Notes: generated from the letters alone by a model not told the origin. A stretch of DNA of 64,000 nucleotides from Candidatus Marinacidobacterales bacterium (GCA_965219415.1 OZ244742.1:1376001-1440000); one strand, 5' to 3'; positions 40,247-51,252 are shown, counted from the first letter of the stretch. A program made the numbers and translations.

Positions 40247-40483
40247 CTACGAGGGTGTACGCTTCAAGAGACTGCGGACGGTGTCTGTTGCCTGGGCTCC
40301 CTTCGAGAGCCAGTACTGGGCCCGTTCTCGATCGAAGACCGCCGCTTGGCCCTCGCGCTTGGGCTCGTAGGTTCCAAGGTTTTCCACGATGCTGCCACCG
40401 CGGCCGGTCACAGAATCTGATACGACTATCCGATAGTGCGGTCGCTTCTTGCTACCTATGCGTGCTAAACGAATCTTTAACAT
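40247..40483 (-). CDS. rpsP: 30S ribosomal protein S16
   Basis: [21 protein letters not shown]...[16 protein letters not shown]. Confidence 0.97.
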   Translation of the reverse strand: MLKIRLARIGSKKRPHYRIVVSDSVTGRGGSIVENLGTYEPKREGQAAVFDRERAQYWLSKGAQATDTVRSLLKRTPS

Positions 40484-40529
40484 GGGTCTTAATTCTCACC
40501 TCCCCTCAGGTTCTTAGTTTTTGGTTCGC

Positions 40530-41915
40530 CTATCTCATTCGGCTCATCTTTGCTAGTTGCTTCATTTGACTGCCGAAGCCTCCCTTAGAGTGAGCCATCG
40601 CTTTCGCCATCTTCCGAGCCTCAACGAAACGCCTCAACAATCGATTCACGTCTGAGACCGCGCAGCCGCTACCGCGAGCGATTCTCCGTCGCCGGCTACC
40701 ATTGATGATCGACGCATTCAACCTCTCCCCGACGGTCATGGAGTTCAAAATGGCGAAGAAACGGCCGATCTCGGCGTCGTCGAACTCAGAAGGAGCCCTC
40801 GGCAGGTCTCCACCGCCACCGGGCAAGAAATTCATAATCTCAGAGAGAGACCCCATTCGCCCGATCTGTCGGAGCTGAATACGAAAATCCTCGAGTGAGA
40901 GATCCTCTCGGCGAAGCTTGCGCGCGAGCTGCTCTGCCTGGTCTTGCTCGACTGCCTGTTCAGCTCGCTCGATCAGACTCAGTACGTCACCCATACCCAG
41001 AATCCGCGAGGCCATCCGCTCGGGACGGAAGGGCTCCAGGGCATCCAGCTTTTCTCCAATCCCGACGAACTTAATTGTGCGCCCGGTCGTGGCGGCAAGC
41101 GATAGCGCGGCACCTCCTCTGGCGTCACCATCCAGTTTCGTCAGAATGTGTCCGGTGAGTGGCACGACTTTGGAGAAAGCTTCGGCGCTACGAACAGCGT
41201 CCTGTCCAGTCATCGAGTCGGCAACGAACAGCACCTCGACCGGAGTCGTGGCGTCCACGAGCTGTTTCAGTTCTTCCATCAATTCCGGATCGACGTGAAT
41301 TCTTCCAGCCGTATCCACGATCAACACGTCGAAGCCCGCATCCCGCGCCTGGTTTTTCGCTGCCTTGGCCCGAGCTACCGGCTCCATGGTGTCGGGCTCG
41401 AAACAGTTGAGTCCCGCCTGCCCCGCGAGCACGCGCAGTTGCTCGATGGCCGCCGGGCGTCTCACGTCGACCGAGACCACTGCCGGGTGCCTTCGCTCCG
41501 CGGCGAGCCACTTGCCAAGCTTGGCGGTGGTCGTTGTCTTGCCGGAGCCAGAAAGCCCTGCCATCAGAATGACGGACGGTGTTTCCCGACCGTAATTTAT
41601 TAGTTTCGACGGCTTTTCCGTCTCGGGAAGCGCGGACCCGCCCGGTTCGGTTCCCGCAAGCAGGCTCACTAGTTCATCCCGCATGATCTTGAGAACTTGT
41701 TGCGGCGCGGTGAGTGATGCTAACACCTCTTCTCCCACCGCCCGCTCTCTGACGCGAGACGTAAAGTCTCGAGCCACGCGGAAATGTACGTCGGCCTCCA
41801 GCAGAGCCATCCGCAACTCCTTAAGCGCCACGTCCACGTGGGCTTCCGTCAGACGCGCCTCGCCTCGGAGCTTCTTGATAACCCCTTGAAGCTTCGATGA
41901 AATTTGCTCAAACAT
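40530..41915 (-). CDS. ffh: Signal recognition particle protein Ffh
   Basis: ALLEADV, GSGKTTT, DTAGR, TKLDGDARGGAALS, RILGMGD, RRRRIARGSG. Confidence 0.97.
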   Translation of the reverse strand: MFEQISSKLQGVIKKLRGEARLTEAHVDVALKELRMALLEADVHFRVARDFTSRVRERAVGEEVLASLTAPQQVLKIMRDELVSLLAGTEPGGSALPETEKPSKLINYGRETPSVILMAGLSGSGKTTTTAKLGKWLAAERRHPAVVSVDVRRPAAIEQLRVLAGQAGLNCFEPDTMEPVARAKAAKNQARDAGFDVLIVDTAGRIHVDPELMEELKQLVDATTPVEVLFVADSMTGQDAVRSAEAFSKVVPLTGHILTKLDGDARGGAALSLAATTGRTIKFVGIGEKLDALEPFRPERMASRILGMGDVLSLIERAEQAVEQDQAEQLARKLRREDLSLEDFRIQLRQIGRMGSLSEIMNFLPGGGGDLPRAPSEFDDAEIGRFFAILNSMTVGERLNASIINGSRRRRIARGSGCAVSDVNRLLRRFVEARKMAKAMAHSKGGFGSQMKQLAKMSRMR

Positions 41916-41969
41916 CTAGGGTGGCCTCAAACAAAAGGCGGCCCCCCCCCTTAAATGGTGCATCTATTA

Positions 41970-41998
41970 ATGTTAGAGAACGTGGACACTAAAGTCAA
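41970..41998 (-). promoter_or_regulatory. Sigma70 promoter of the ffh-rpsP-khpA-rimM-trmD-rplS operon
   Basis: TTGACT-17 nt-TAACAT. Confidence 0.65.
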
Positions 41999-42231
41999 GA
42001 GCAATCGAAGTCAGGAACACGCTTCCAACCGGTTGAAGGCGTGGAGGTTAAGGGGGTGAGAGTCGCGCCGGTGTAGACGATGTAGAAACGATCGCCCTTA
42101 GCCCCCTCCTCGAAAATGACTGCGCCCTTCTTGTAGTCTTTCACCATCCCGAGCATGAGGATCTCGTCGGCTAGCTGGTCGTTATTTAACCCCTGGAACA
42201 GGCCCACGCCCTTCAAGAACTCAGCATTCAC
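41995..42231 (-). pseudogene. Truncated cyclic-nucleotide-binding protein
   Basis: FLKGVGLFQGL...IFEEGAKGDRFYIVYTG, then similarity is lost near 42065 (no FGE or R motif). Confidence 0.7.
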
Positions 42232-42243
42232 GGAAGGCTGCCC

Positions 42244-43476
42244 TCAGATCTTTTCCAACAAGTGTCCGAGCTTTTCCTTTTTGGTCTTCAAGTAACCCGC
42301 GGAGCTTTCGGTGGCGGCAACCTCAATCGGTACTCGCTCCACGATGCGAAGGCCATACGCCTCTAGCGCAATGAACTTGCGAGGATTGTTGGTGAGCAAA
42401 CGAAGATCCCGCACCCCGATTTCCGCTAGGATCTGTGCACCGATCCCATACTCGCGTTGGTCTGGTTTGAATCCCAGCCGCTCGTTCGCGGTCACGGTAT
42501 CCATTCCCTGATCCTGCAACGCGTAGGCGCGGATCTTGTTGACCAGGCCGATACTTCGTCCTTCCTGATGGAGGTAGAGCAGCACCCCCTTGCCCTCTTC
42601 CCCGATCCGCTTGAGTGCAGAATCGAGCTGCGGACCGCAATCACAGCGCTCCGAGTGAAACACTTCGCCGGTTATGCACTGGGAATGTACTCGAACCAAT
42701 ACGTTGTCTCCCGGTTGAAAATCGCCCAGGACGAGAGCCATATGGGTCGTGCCATCGATCAGGGAGTCGAAAGCCATGATGCGGAATTTTCCGAAGGGCG
42801 TCGGTAACTGGGCCTCCGCCACTTTCTTGACAAGTCGTTCGGTGCTGAGACGATAGCGGATCAGATCGGCTACCGTGATGATCTTCAAACCGTGCTCGCT
42901 CCTGAACTTAGCCAAATCGGGAACCCGGGCCATGCTTCCGTCTTCGTTCATCACTTCGCAGATGACCCCAGCCGGATAAAGCCCCGCGATCCGCGACAGA
43001 TCGACCGCGGCTTCGGTTTGGCCCGCACGCACCAGCACCCCACCTGGCCGAGCACGGAGCGGAAACATATGTCCCGGGCGCGCCAGATCGCTGGGTAGAG
43101 TCTGCGGGTCGATCGCTGCCAAAACGGTGCGCGCGCGATCGGCCGCCGAGATGCCGGTGCTCACTCCCTTCTTGGCCTCGATGGAAACGCAAAAGGCGGT
43201 GCCATGCATCGAAGAGTTGTCGGTCACCATCAGCGGTACTTGCAGCTCGTCCAGCCGCTGCTCGGTCATTGGCATGCAGATGAGCCCGCGACCGTGGCGA
43301 GCCATGAAATTGATGGTCTCGGGACTGATCTTCTCGGCGGCAATGGTCAGGTCGCCTTCGTTCTCACGGTTTTCGTCGTCGACGACGATGACCATCTTCC
43401 CCGAACGGATGTCCTCCAGGGCGGCCTCAACCGTGGAGAACGCCGAATTTTGCTCTGAGTCTAGTCTTTTCTCCAT
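42244..43476 (-). CDS. ribBA: Bifunctional DHBP synthase / GTP cyclohydrolase II
   Basis: [35 protein letters not shown]. Confidence 0.96.
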   Translation of the reverse strand: MEKRLDSEQNSAFSTVEAALEDIRSGKMVIVVDDENRENEGDLTIAAEKISPETINFMARHGRGLICMPMTEQRLDELQVPLMVTDNSSMHGTAFCVSIEAKKGVSTGISAADRARTVLAAIDPQTLPSDLARPGHMFPLRARPGGVLVRAGQTEAAVDLSRIAGLYPAGVICEVMNEDGSMARVPDLAKFRSEHGLKIITVADLIRYRLSTERLVKKVAEAQLPTPFGKFRIMAFDSLIDGTTHMALVLGDFQPGDNVLVRVHSQCITGEVFHSERCDCGPQLDSALKRIGEEGKGVLLYLHQEGRSIGLVNKIRAYALQDQGMDTVTANERLGFKPDQREYGIGAQILAEIGVRDLRLLTNNPRKFIALEAYGLRIVERVPIEVAATESSAGYLKTKKEKLGHLLEKI

Positions 43477-44072
43477 GAGTCCTGCCTAATCTCCGCCAAC
43501 CGCACCAAGTACTTCGCCAGTATATCGTATTCCAAGTTCACACCATCTCCCGGCACCCGCTCCCCGAGCGTCGTGACCCGCAGGGTCTGGGGAATGAGCA
43601 TGACCTCAAACCAAGCCTCTCCGCAAGCCGTCACCGTCAAGCTAACGCCGTCGATGGCGATCGAGCCCTTCTCGACGATGTAGCGGTCGGACTCCCGGGG
43701 GTGCTCGAAGCGAACGACCCGATCGGCCGCGCGCTCCGAGGTGGAAGCCACGTGCCCCGTTCCGTCCACATGACCCTGCACAAAATGGCCATCCAGCCTG
43801 CCATCGGGCCTGAGGGGCAGCTCGAGATTTACCCGGCCGTCGGTCGCCAGGGCGCCCAGCGTTGTGCGATCTATGGTCTCGTTCGAGACATCGACCGTGA
43901 AGCGGGGTCCCGCGAGCTCGGTAACCGTGAGGCAGACACCGGACACCGCGATACTGGCACCGACTCGAAGCTCGCCAGGAAGAAGGTTGCCTTCGAAGGT
44001 CAGGCTGAGTTGCCCCTTCTGCTCGACCCGTTCGACGATGCGGCCTACGTCCTCGATGATGCCGGTGAACAT
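43461..44072 (-). CDS. ribE: Riboflavin synthase (alpha chain)
   Basis: [34 protein letters not shown]. Confidence 0.96.
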   Translation of the reverse strand: MFTGIIEDVGRIVERVEQKGQLSLTFEGNLLPGELRVGASIAVSGVCLTVTELAGPRFTVDVSNETIDRTTLGALATDGRVNLELPLRPDGRLDGHFVQGHVDGTGHVASTSERAADRVVRFEHPRESDRYIVEKGSIAIDGVSLTVTACGEAWFEVMLIPQTLRVTTLGERVPGDGVNLEYDILAKYLVRLAEIRQDSWRKD

Positions 44073-44074
44073 AG

Positions 44075-45241
44075 CTAGCTCCCCCGCACCTCTGCTTCCA
44101 CGACGATCTCCGACCCCACTCGGTAGGAGACCATGTGGTTCAACCGCGTCGCATCCACAAGTCGCCGAGGCCCTTCTCCATCGACCAACGAGCGCGCCTC
44201 CCTTCCGCCGATGATTCGCGGCGCGAGATACAGTACCACCTGGTCCGCCAACCCCTGCTCGAGAAAAGAGGCGTTGACCTCACTACCACCTTCGACCAGT
44301 AAGCGCGTCACGTCTCTCTTGGCCAAACGCCTTAGCGCCGTCCGGAGGTTGAGCCTGCCTCGACGTAGCGGCAAACGTTCTACGATCACTCCCGCGTTTT
44401 CGAGGCGTCGCACTCGAGACGGCAAAGCCTCCGGGCCTGCGAACACCAGAACCGGTCCTTCTCCGAGCGTCGAGAGCAGGCGCGCGCGAGGCGCCATACG
44501 CAAAGAGGTGTCCAGTACGACCCGTAAGAAAGGGCCCGTCTGCCGGTTACGGGGACGCACCGTGAGCCGCGGATCATCGGCACGAACGGTGCCAATACCG
44601 ACCATGATGGAGTCGTTCTCGCGGCGTAAGAGACGTGCGTGCTCGCGGGCCTCGTCCGACGTGATCCACATTGCGTCTCCGGTTCGCGTCGCGATTCGGC
44701 CGTCTAGACTGGCAGCACCCTTCAACGTCACCAGCGGAACGCCCTGTTTGACGAACTTTGTGAAGGCGCGGTTGAGCCGGGTCGCATCGGCGCTCATCAG
44801 TCCAACTTCCACCGCCAAACCCTTTCGCCGAAGCCACCGAAAGCCCCCGCCATTCACACGAGGATCGGGATCCCGGATGGAGGCGATCACTCGCTTCACC
44901 CCCGCCCACTCGATCTCCTGCACGCACGGCGGCGTGCGACCGGTATGACAACAAGGCTCGAGGTTCGTATAGAGCGTTGCACCGCGGGCCGCACCGCCCG
45001 CCTGTCGCAGCGCAATGACTTCGGCGTGAGGCTCCCCGGCCCGACGATGAAAACCCTGGCCGATGACCTGGTCGCCCTTCGCCACCACCGCCCCCACCAT
45101 CGGATTGGGGCTGGTGCATCCGCGGCCCATCGAAGCGAGAGCTAACACCCGCCTCATCATTCTCCGTCCGGTCTCTGCTTCGCGAGCCGCTATCGACGAG
45201 CTGCGTTCAGCCACGGATCTCTTCTCCCACCAGCGCGTCAA
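44075..45241 (-). CDS. ribD: Riboflavin biosynthesis deaminase/reductase (true start probably ~45160-45213)
   Basis: SPNPMVG, HAE, LEPCCHTGRTPPC, SLDGRIA, VEGG. Confidence 0.95.
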   Translation of the reverse strand: MTRWWEKRSVAERSSSIAAREAETGRRMMRRVLALASMGRGCTSPNPMVGAVVAKGDQVIGQGFHRRAGEPHAEVIALRQAGGAARGATLYTNLEPCCHTGRTPPCVQEIEWAGVKRVIASIRDPDPRVNGGGFRWLRRKGLAVEVGLMSADATRLNRAFTKFVKQGVPLVTLKGAASLDGRIATRTGDAMWITSDEAREHARLLRRENDSIMVGIGTVRADDPRLTVRPRNRQTGPFLRVVLDTSLRMAPRARLLSTLGEGPVLVFAGPEALPSRVRRLENAGVIVERLPLRRGRLNLRTALRRLAKRDVTRLLVEGGSEVNASFLEQGLADQVVLYLAPRIIGGREARSLVDGEGPRRLVDATRLNHMVSYRVGSEIVVEAEVRGS

Positions 45242-46115
45242 CGAACTGCTCCGCCGAAAAATCCATCAAGTCATCTTCTCCCTCACCCACCCCGGCATAG
45301 ACAACCGGAAGGCCGAGCTCACGCGCGACGGCAACCACGATGCCGCCCTTGGCAGTGCCGTCCAATTTAGTTAGGACAATGCCATCGACTCCCAGCGACT
45401 CGCTGAAACGCCGCGCCTGCACCAAGCCGTTGCCGCCAACCGTTGCGTCCATGACCAGCAGCGTTTGATGCGGGGCTTCTGGAATCAGACGCCCCGCCAC
45501 CCTCTTCATCTTGGCAAGCTCGTCCATCAACGGTTTCTTGGTATGTAGCCTACCCGCCGTATCGACGAACACGTCGTCGGCGCCGCGGGCGGCGGCAGCC
45601 TGAAGCCCCTCGTGCACGACCGAGGCGGGATCCGTCCCCTCATCTCCTCGAATCAGGTCGACCTCTAGCCGATTGGCCCACGTCTGGAGCTGCTCCAACG
45701 CGGCGGCGCGAAAAGTATCCGCCGCGACGATGAGCGGTTTGCGGCCCACGCGGGCCGCACGATGAGCCAACCTGGCAACCGTGGTGGTTTTCCCGACGCC
45801 GTTGACTCCGACGACCAAGACGACGTTGGGAGGAGCGGCAGCCGTCCGCAAGCCGTCCGGGTTGGCGTGACGAAGGATAGTTAATAATTCGTGGCCCAGA
45901 ACCGCACGGATATCTTCACCGGTCCGGCGTCCCCGACCGCTGCGAAGCGCCTCCACCAACTCGACGCTTACGGCCGCACCGACGTCCGCGGAAACCAGCG
46001 CTTCCTCGAGCAGGTCCCAGTCAGGCTCATGGCCCGCTGTCGCAAGCCCCAATCCGCTTGCTAGGTTCCCTCGGGTCCGGGCCAGTCCTTCCTTGAGACG
46101 TTCGAAGACACGCAA
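45207..46115 (-). CDS. ftsY: SRP receptor FtsY
   Basis: GVNGVGKTTT, DTFRAAA, DTAGRLH, TKLDGTAKGG. Confidence 0.96.
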   Translation of the reverse strand: MRVFERLKEGLARTRGNLASGLGLATAGHEPDWDLLEEALVSADVGAAVSVELVEALRSGRGRRTGEDIRAVLGHELLTILRHANPDGLRTAAAPPNVVLVVGVNGVGKTTTVARLAHRAARVGRKPLIVAADTFRAAALEQLQTWANRLEVDLIRGDEGTDPASVVHEGLQAAAARGADDVFVDTAGRLHTKKPLMDELAKMKRVAGRLIPEAPHQTLLVMDATVGGNGLVQARRFSESLGVDGIVLTKLDGTAKGGIVVAVARELGLPVVYAGVGEGEDDLMDFSAEQFVDALVGEEIRG

Positions 46116-46162
46116 AGGAGCTTCTCGACATTCACAACAGGCGCGAAACGAGATGCCCGATC

Positions 46163-46924
46163 TCAGGTGCCCGGCTTCAAAGAGTCGAGCCTCCCGAGAC
46201 TGAGCTTACCCAAAGTAGAGAAGCGCCCCGCTTCCACGACGCGGCGGTAGTACTTCCGGGCTTCCGTGACGTCACCCCTGTCGTCGTAGATGCGAGCCGT
46301 TTCATAAAGACTCGGAACGTCTGATGGGTCGTTCTCCAGCGCTTTTCCGAACTGTTCCAAAGCCAGCTCGGGCTCCCCGAGCACCCGATGAATTTCGCCC
46401 ATGCCCCGATACCCCATCGCAAACTTGGGCTTCTTCTCGACCGAGCGGTGATAGTACATCATAGCCAGCTCGTAGTTCTTTTCGCGGAGGTACAACGAGC
46501 CCATGTTGTAGAGCGCTTTCTCTGGCGTCGGATAGGTCGAATCGCGGATCACGGTGGTGAATTCCGCGAACGCCCTTTCTTTGTTTCCCATCTCCGAGTA
46601 GAGCACGCCCAAATTGTTGTGCACATCGGTCAGATCCATATTGAGCTTGATAGCGGTCTGAAACGCTTTCTCCGCCCCCCTGAAATCTCCGACCGCGGTC
46701 ATAGCCAAGCCCATGGCATTGAAGATCCAAGGGTTCTCCTTATCAAGCTTGAGGGAGGCCTGGTACTGTTCGATCGCCTCGTCCAGACGACCTTCCTGAT
46801 GCAGGTACTTGGCCTGATTGAAGATCGTAAGCGCTTCGTTGATCTTCGCGTCGTTCTGTACCGCCCCCATCAACAGCAGGGTCAACGAAGCAATCAAGAC
46901 TCGGTGTTGGGATCCAAGAGTCAT
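46163..46924 (-). CDS. Exported TPR protein, PilF/PilW/Tgl-like
   Basis: HNNLGVLY...YPTPEKALYNMG; N-terminal hydrophobic signal. Confidence 0.7.
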   Translation of the reverse strand: MTLGSQHRVLIASLTLLLMGAVQNDAKINEALTIFNQAKYLHQEGRLDEAIEQYQASLKLDKENPWIFNAMGLAMTAVGDFRGAEKAFQTAIKLNMDLTDVHNNLGVLYSEMGNKERAFAEFTTVIRDSTYPTPEKALYNMGSLYLREKNYELAMMYYHRSVEKKPKFAMGYRGMGEIHRVLGEPELALEQFGKALENDPSDVPSLYETARIYDDRGDVTEARKYYRRVVEAGRFSTLGKLSLGRLDSLKPGT

Positions 46925-46944
46925 GAGAGTCCCTACCTCCTTTA

Positions 46945-47071
46945 GTGCTCGCTCCGCTCGCGCAGAGCCGCCAGCTGTCCCGCAGCCGTTTGCCGGCGAA
47001 GGGACAAGCCGTGGGGGTGGGGCCCCGCAGCATTGATGGAAAGACGCACTGAATTCTTCAACAGCCTGCTA
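46945..47071. repeat. Intergenic REP/MITE-like element
   Basis: Shares GGGTGGGG(T)CCCCGC(G)AGCAT with 22070-22090; ends in TTCTTCAACAGCCTGCTA. Confidence 0.45.
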
Positions 47072-47085
47072 CTGTCTCGAACGAT

Positions 47086-48998
47086 TCAATGGCACCGGCT
47101 CGGAAGACACCCCGGCCACTTCTTCTTCCCTACGTACCGGCTCGGCGTCGGGAATACCGTTTGCCGGGTCGGCATGTTCGGACGAATCAACCCCTCCTCG
47201 TATGCCTTGATGAGAGCTTCTACCACCGGTCGATCGAATTTTTTACCCACGAAACTTCGCATGCGATCGAGCACATAGCTAATGTCCATCGCCTTCTGAT
47301 AGGGGCGATTCGTCGTCATAGCATCGAAGCAATCGGCCACACTCACAATCTTAGCAGTCAAGGGGATTTCGTCTCCACGAAGACCCTCTGGATATCCAGT
47401 ACCGTTGACGTTTTCGTGATGGTATTTCATCCCGGGAATCATGTCTTGCAGCTGCGGAACCTGCTCCATGATAACCGCTCCCTTAGTGGGATGGGTCTTC
47501 ATAATCTCGTACTCCTCGTCGGTGAGAGGACCCTCCTTGCCCAAGATTTTGTCCTCGATCCCGATCTTTCCGACGTCGTGCATGAGTGCCGAGACACGGA
47601 CCACCTCGACGTCGTGCTCGGACAGGCCCAGCTCGATGGCGATCTTCTCCGAAAAATGGGAGACCCGCTCCGAGTGACCCCGTGTGTAAGGGTCCCTGGC
47701 GTCGATGGCAGCGGCCAGAGAGCTGACCGCGCCCATGAACATTTTCTTGTTCTCCTCCGCCGCTTTCTGAAGACGTTGAACGTAGTTCTTGATCTCCGCC
47801 TTCATGAGTTGAAGGTATCGGCCAACTCACCGAACTCGTTTCGCGACGTAACTTCGATGTCCCGCGAGAAATCACCCGCCGCCAATCGGCGCGCCCCCTC
47901 CGCTAGCCGCGCGATCGGCTGCGAGAGCCGACCCGCCGAAACCACCGCGAGCACGATAGCCAGAATGATCGAGAATCCGGCCACCCTGTAGCTCGTGCGT
48001 TCGATGTCGCGGACCGTTGAGTAGACCGCTTCCTCCTTAGCCTGCACGATCGCGCCCCAATCCAAGGCGCGCAAAAAGGCGGTCTGCGAGCTCCGGTCCC
48101 CGATGGAAGTGTAAGTGCCAACCATAGCTTCGACATCTGATTCGGTGGGTTGCTCGAAGTTCACCAGCCTCGAGGCGTGTCCAGAGGACTCCTGAAACGC
48201 GGTAACCATGACTTCACCCGAGAAGTTCGGTTTGGTAAAGAGCGTCTCTCGGTTGGAATGCACGACGAGACGTCCGTCGCCGTCCACCACGAAGACCTCG
48301 CGCCCCAAGTGGCTCTTGGCCTCGACCATTTCCTGTATGGGTTGCAGGCTCACCAGTACCGAAACGACACCCGCCACCTCATTGGTAGCAAAGATGGGCG
48401 CGGAGACCACGACCACGGTATCCAAGATCGTCTCCGACACATAGGGGGGTGATACGTAATGCCGACCCGACAGCCCTTCTAGAAAGGACTGACGGAAGTA
48501 CTCTCCCACTTCTTCTCGCAGATCGTACCCGGCGTAGGCGCCATCTCCTCGCTGGTCATAGACGGTAATCGACAGGACATGGCTTCCGTCTTGTACGTAT
48601 CTGATCAAATCGTCACTTTCCGAAACCCTAGAGATCCTCGCCGCCACAACCCAGGGTTTGTCACCGATGCCAAACGTTTGCGCAATCCCCACAACTTGGT
48701 CGTGCATTGCCTGAAGGTAGAGTCGGGCTTGCTTCGCGATGGTGCGGGTCTGGTCGAGTTGGACGAGCTCTTCTGATAGGGCGAGCGCTTCGCGATTTCG
48801 CTCGATGAGTATCGTGCTGGTTACCAGCAAAGGCGTCAAACCGGCGAGCATCATTACGATAACCAACGCGTAGAGTATCTTCCCGCGCCTCAGCCGCCCC
48901 TTGTCGTCTTCGGTCGGTTTGACCAGCGCGCCCGGTTGGGCAGGCTGAGCCAGCTTGGCTGACCGCGATGTCTTGGTAGGTCTGGAAGGTGATCGCAC
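47086..48998 (-). pseudogene. Membrane sensor (Cache-like plus HAMP) HD-GYP phosphodiesterase, frameshifted near 47806
   Basis: Two TMs and HAMP ending ELADTFN, joined to MKAEIK...RDPYTRGHSERV...HDVGKIG...HHE..GTGYP. Confidence 0.82.
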
Positions 48999-49014
48999 TT
49001 CGTCTCCGATTTTT

Positions 49015-50582
49015 CTAGTTGACCCGCGTCTCGCTGCTCTTTTTCTCGGATAGGACCTGAAACGCCCGAACGGCTTTCTTCTTCCCTTTGAGAGTAACCG
49101 TGCCGAGATCCTCGAGCTCGAATGAGTCTTTCACGAGCTCTTGAGTCCGTTCTCCCACCACCACCTGCCCGGCCTTGGCCACCATCGACTCGATGCGAGA
49201 CGCGATGTTCACGGTGTCACCGAGAACGGTGATCTCTTTTCTCTTGTGAGATCCGATCGGGCCGGCAATGACGTTGCCACTATTGATGCCCATTCTCATT
49301 TCTATCGGCGGATCCTTGGCGAGCTCCTTGTTCAGATCCCGGAGTCGCCTGCGCATCTCGAGGGCAACTCGGACGGCGCGTTCGGCATGGTCTTCCTGTG
49401 GGTAGGGTGCTCCGAACACCGCCATGATGCAATCACCGATAAATTTGTCCAAGGTCCCGTCGTACTCAAGTACGACATCCGCCATGCGCGAGAAATAGTC
49501 GTTGAGAAGCTGGCCAACCTCGAGCGGCTCCATTTTCTCGGCCATCGGTGTGAAGCCAACGATATCCGAGAAGACCACCGAGACCTCGAGCTCCTGAACT
49601 TCCTTTTCTCCCTCCGACATGATGCGCTCGGCGACGGCGGGGGAGAAGTATTTCTCGAAACGCTCTCGTCTCACCTTCTCCTGTTGAACTTTCTTGTTCA
49701 AGTTGGCCTGCTCGATGGCAATCGCTGCGTAGTTCCCCAGAGCCGGCAACAGCTCCAGATCGGCTTCCCCGAAAGTATTGGAGGCCATCGGGGAGTCGAT
49801 GTGGATGATCCCGACCTTGTCCCCCCTCCACAGCGGCGCACACATCGCGGAGCGTATGCCGTGAAAGCGAATGCTGTCGCCGGAGGCGAAGCGGGGATCG
49901 ACTTGCTGATCGTGATCTTGCCTTCGTCACCACCGTGACGGTATTTGACGACGCGTGGCTTCAGGTTGCCGTCGTCGTCGTACAACATCAGAAAGCCGCG
50001 GTCCACCGGGATGTGCTCGAAGACCGCATCCATCACCCGACCCTCCACCTCCTCCGGCTGAGCGGTGATAAGCGCTTTGGCGAGCTCGGAAAGGCTCCTC
50101 AAGATGTGATTGGTCTTTTCGATGTCCGCCGCTTCGAGATCGGGCACGGTCCGGGACGCCGTGGTCGGAAGATGGGTTTCACCTTTCGACTTAGGCGGCT
50201 CCACACCCAAGTACTTCTGGAGCTCGCCGACGCTACGAATAACGGTACCCGCTTCTTCCAGCAACGGTATTTGCTCGTCCAGGACGACCTTCTCATCGAG
50301 GGTCCGTCTAAACTGGAGAATGAACTTGCCCAGCGCTACCTGATCGCCATCGTTCAGGATGGCTTCGAGCACCGCCACACCGTTTACGTGAGTTCCGTTC
50401 TTGCTCTTGAGGTCGACCAATCGACACTGTTTACCGTCGACCATTACCTTGGCGTGATGGCGGGAGACCCCGAAATCCTTGATCACGATGTCGCAGTCAG
50501 GCGAACGGCCCAGCACGACGCCTCCCAAATCGATGGGAACCGCCCGCTCGTTACCTTCTTCTTGGTACGTCAGCTCGAACAT
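49015..50582 (-). pseudogene. FHA-GAF-class III adenylate/guanylate cyclase with out-of-frame internal deletion
   Basis: LGRSPD..VSRHHA..SKNGTHVNG; FSDIVGFT, DKFIGD, GDTVNIASR; junction CAAGTCGATC at 49896-49905. Confidence 0.87.
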
Positions 50583-50638
50583 CAGGAGTGGACTGCGCCC
50601 GACCCAGCGCCCTCTGCCGGAGGAAACAACACCTTTCA

Positions 50639-51252
50639 TTATACCAACTTTCGCCGGCCAACGCCTCTACCGCCAAGACGTGGCTCGACGCCGCGGCGGA
50701 GCCGAGAGACATTTCCGTGGCGGCGCGCCACGATGACCGCGCCGACGATCGCACTGGCGATAGTAACCGCCCGAGACTCTCCCCACCCCAGACACAGGGG
50801 GCGACGGAGGCGGCCGCCGTCATCGATGCCAGCGAGACGAAGCGAAAAGCCCAAAGGACAGTAGCGAATAGCGCCATCGCGATGAGGACTGGCTCAGGCG
50901 CCAGAACCAGGAAGGCCCCTAGAGCCGTGGCAACTCCCTTACCTCCCCGAAAACCATAGAAGATCGGGAAGAGGTGGCCCAAAACGACCGCCACTGCCGC
51001 CGCGGGAAGGGCGCTCCCGGCCGGCGACACCGCCCCCGTCAAGAGCACCGCCGCTGCCCCCTTGGCCGCGTCGAGCACGAGAGCCGCCGCGCCTGCCCTC
51101 TTTCCTGCCACACGCATGACGTTGGTAGCTCCCGGATTTCCGCTCGCCGACTCACGGGGATCCATCCCCTTTACGGCCCGCGAAAGGATCACCCCAAAGA
51201 GAACCGACCCCAGCAGGTAAGACCCAATGAGAACTAGGCTGTTCGTGATCAC
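50639..51252 (-). CDS. plsY: Glycerol-3-phosphate acyltransferase PlsY; apparent -1 indel in the G5 run at 50797-50801
   Basis: YLLGS, SGNPGATN, GHLFPIF..FRGGKGVAT; the conserved tail HGNVSRL..GVE is in the alternate frame (50639-50854). Confidence 0.88.

Noticed and set aside
41995-45241. Missing ribH after ribBA, and missing recA after cinA-thpR (51-53 kb), as gene loss
   Set aside because: Both are often encoded elsewhere; this cannot be judged from one window.
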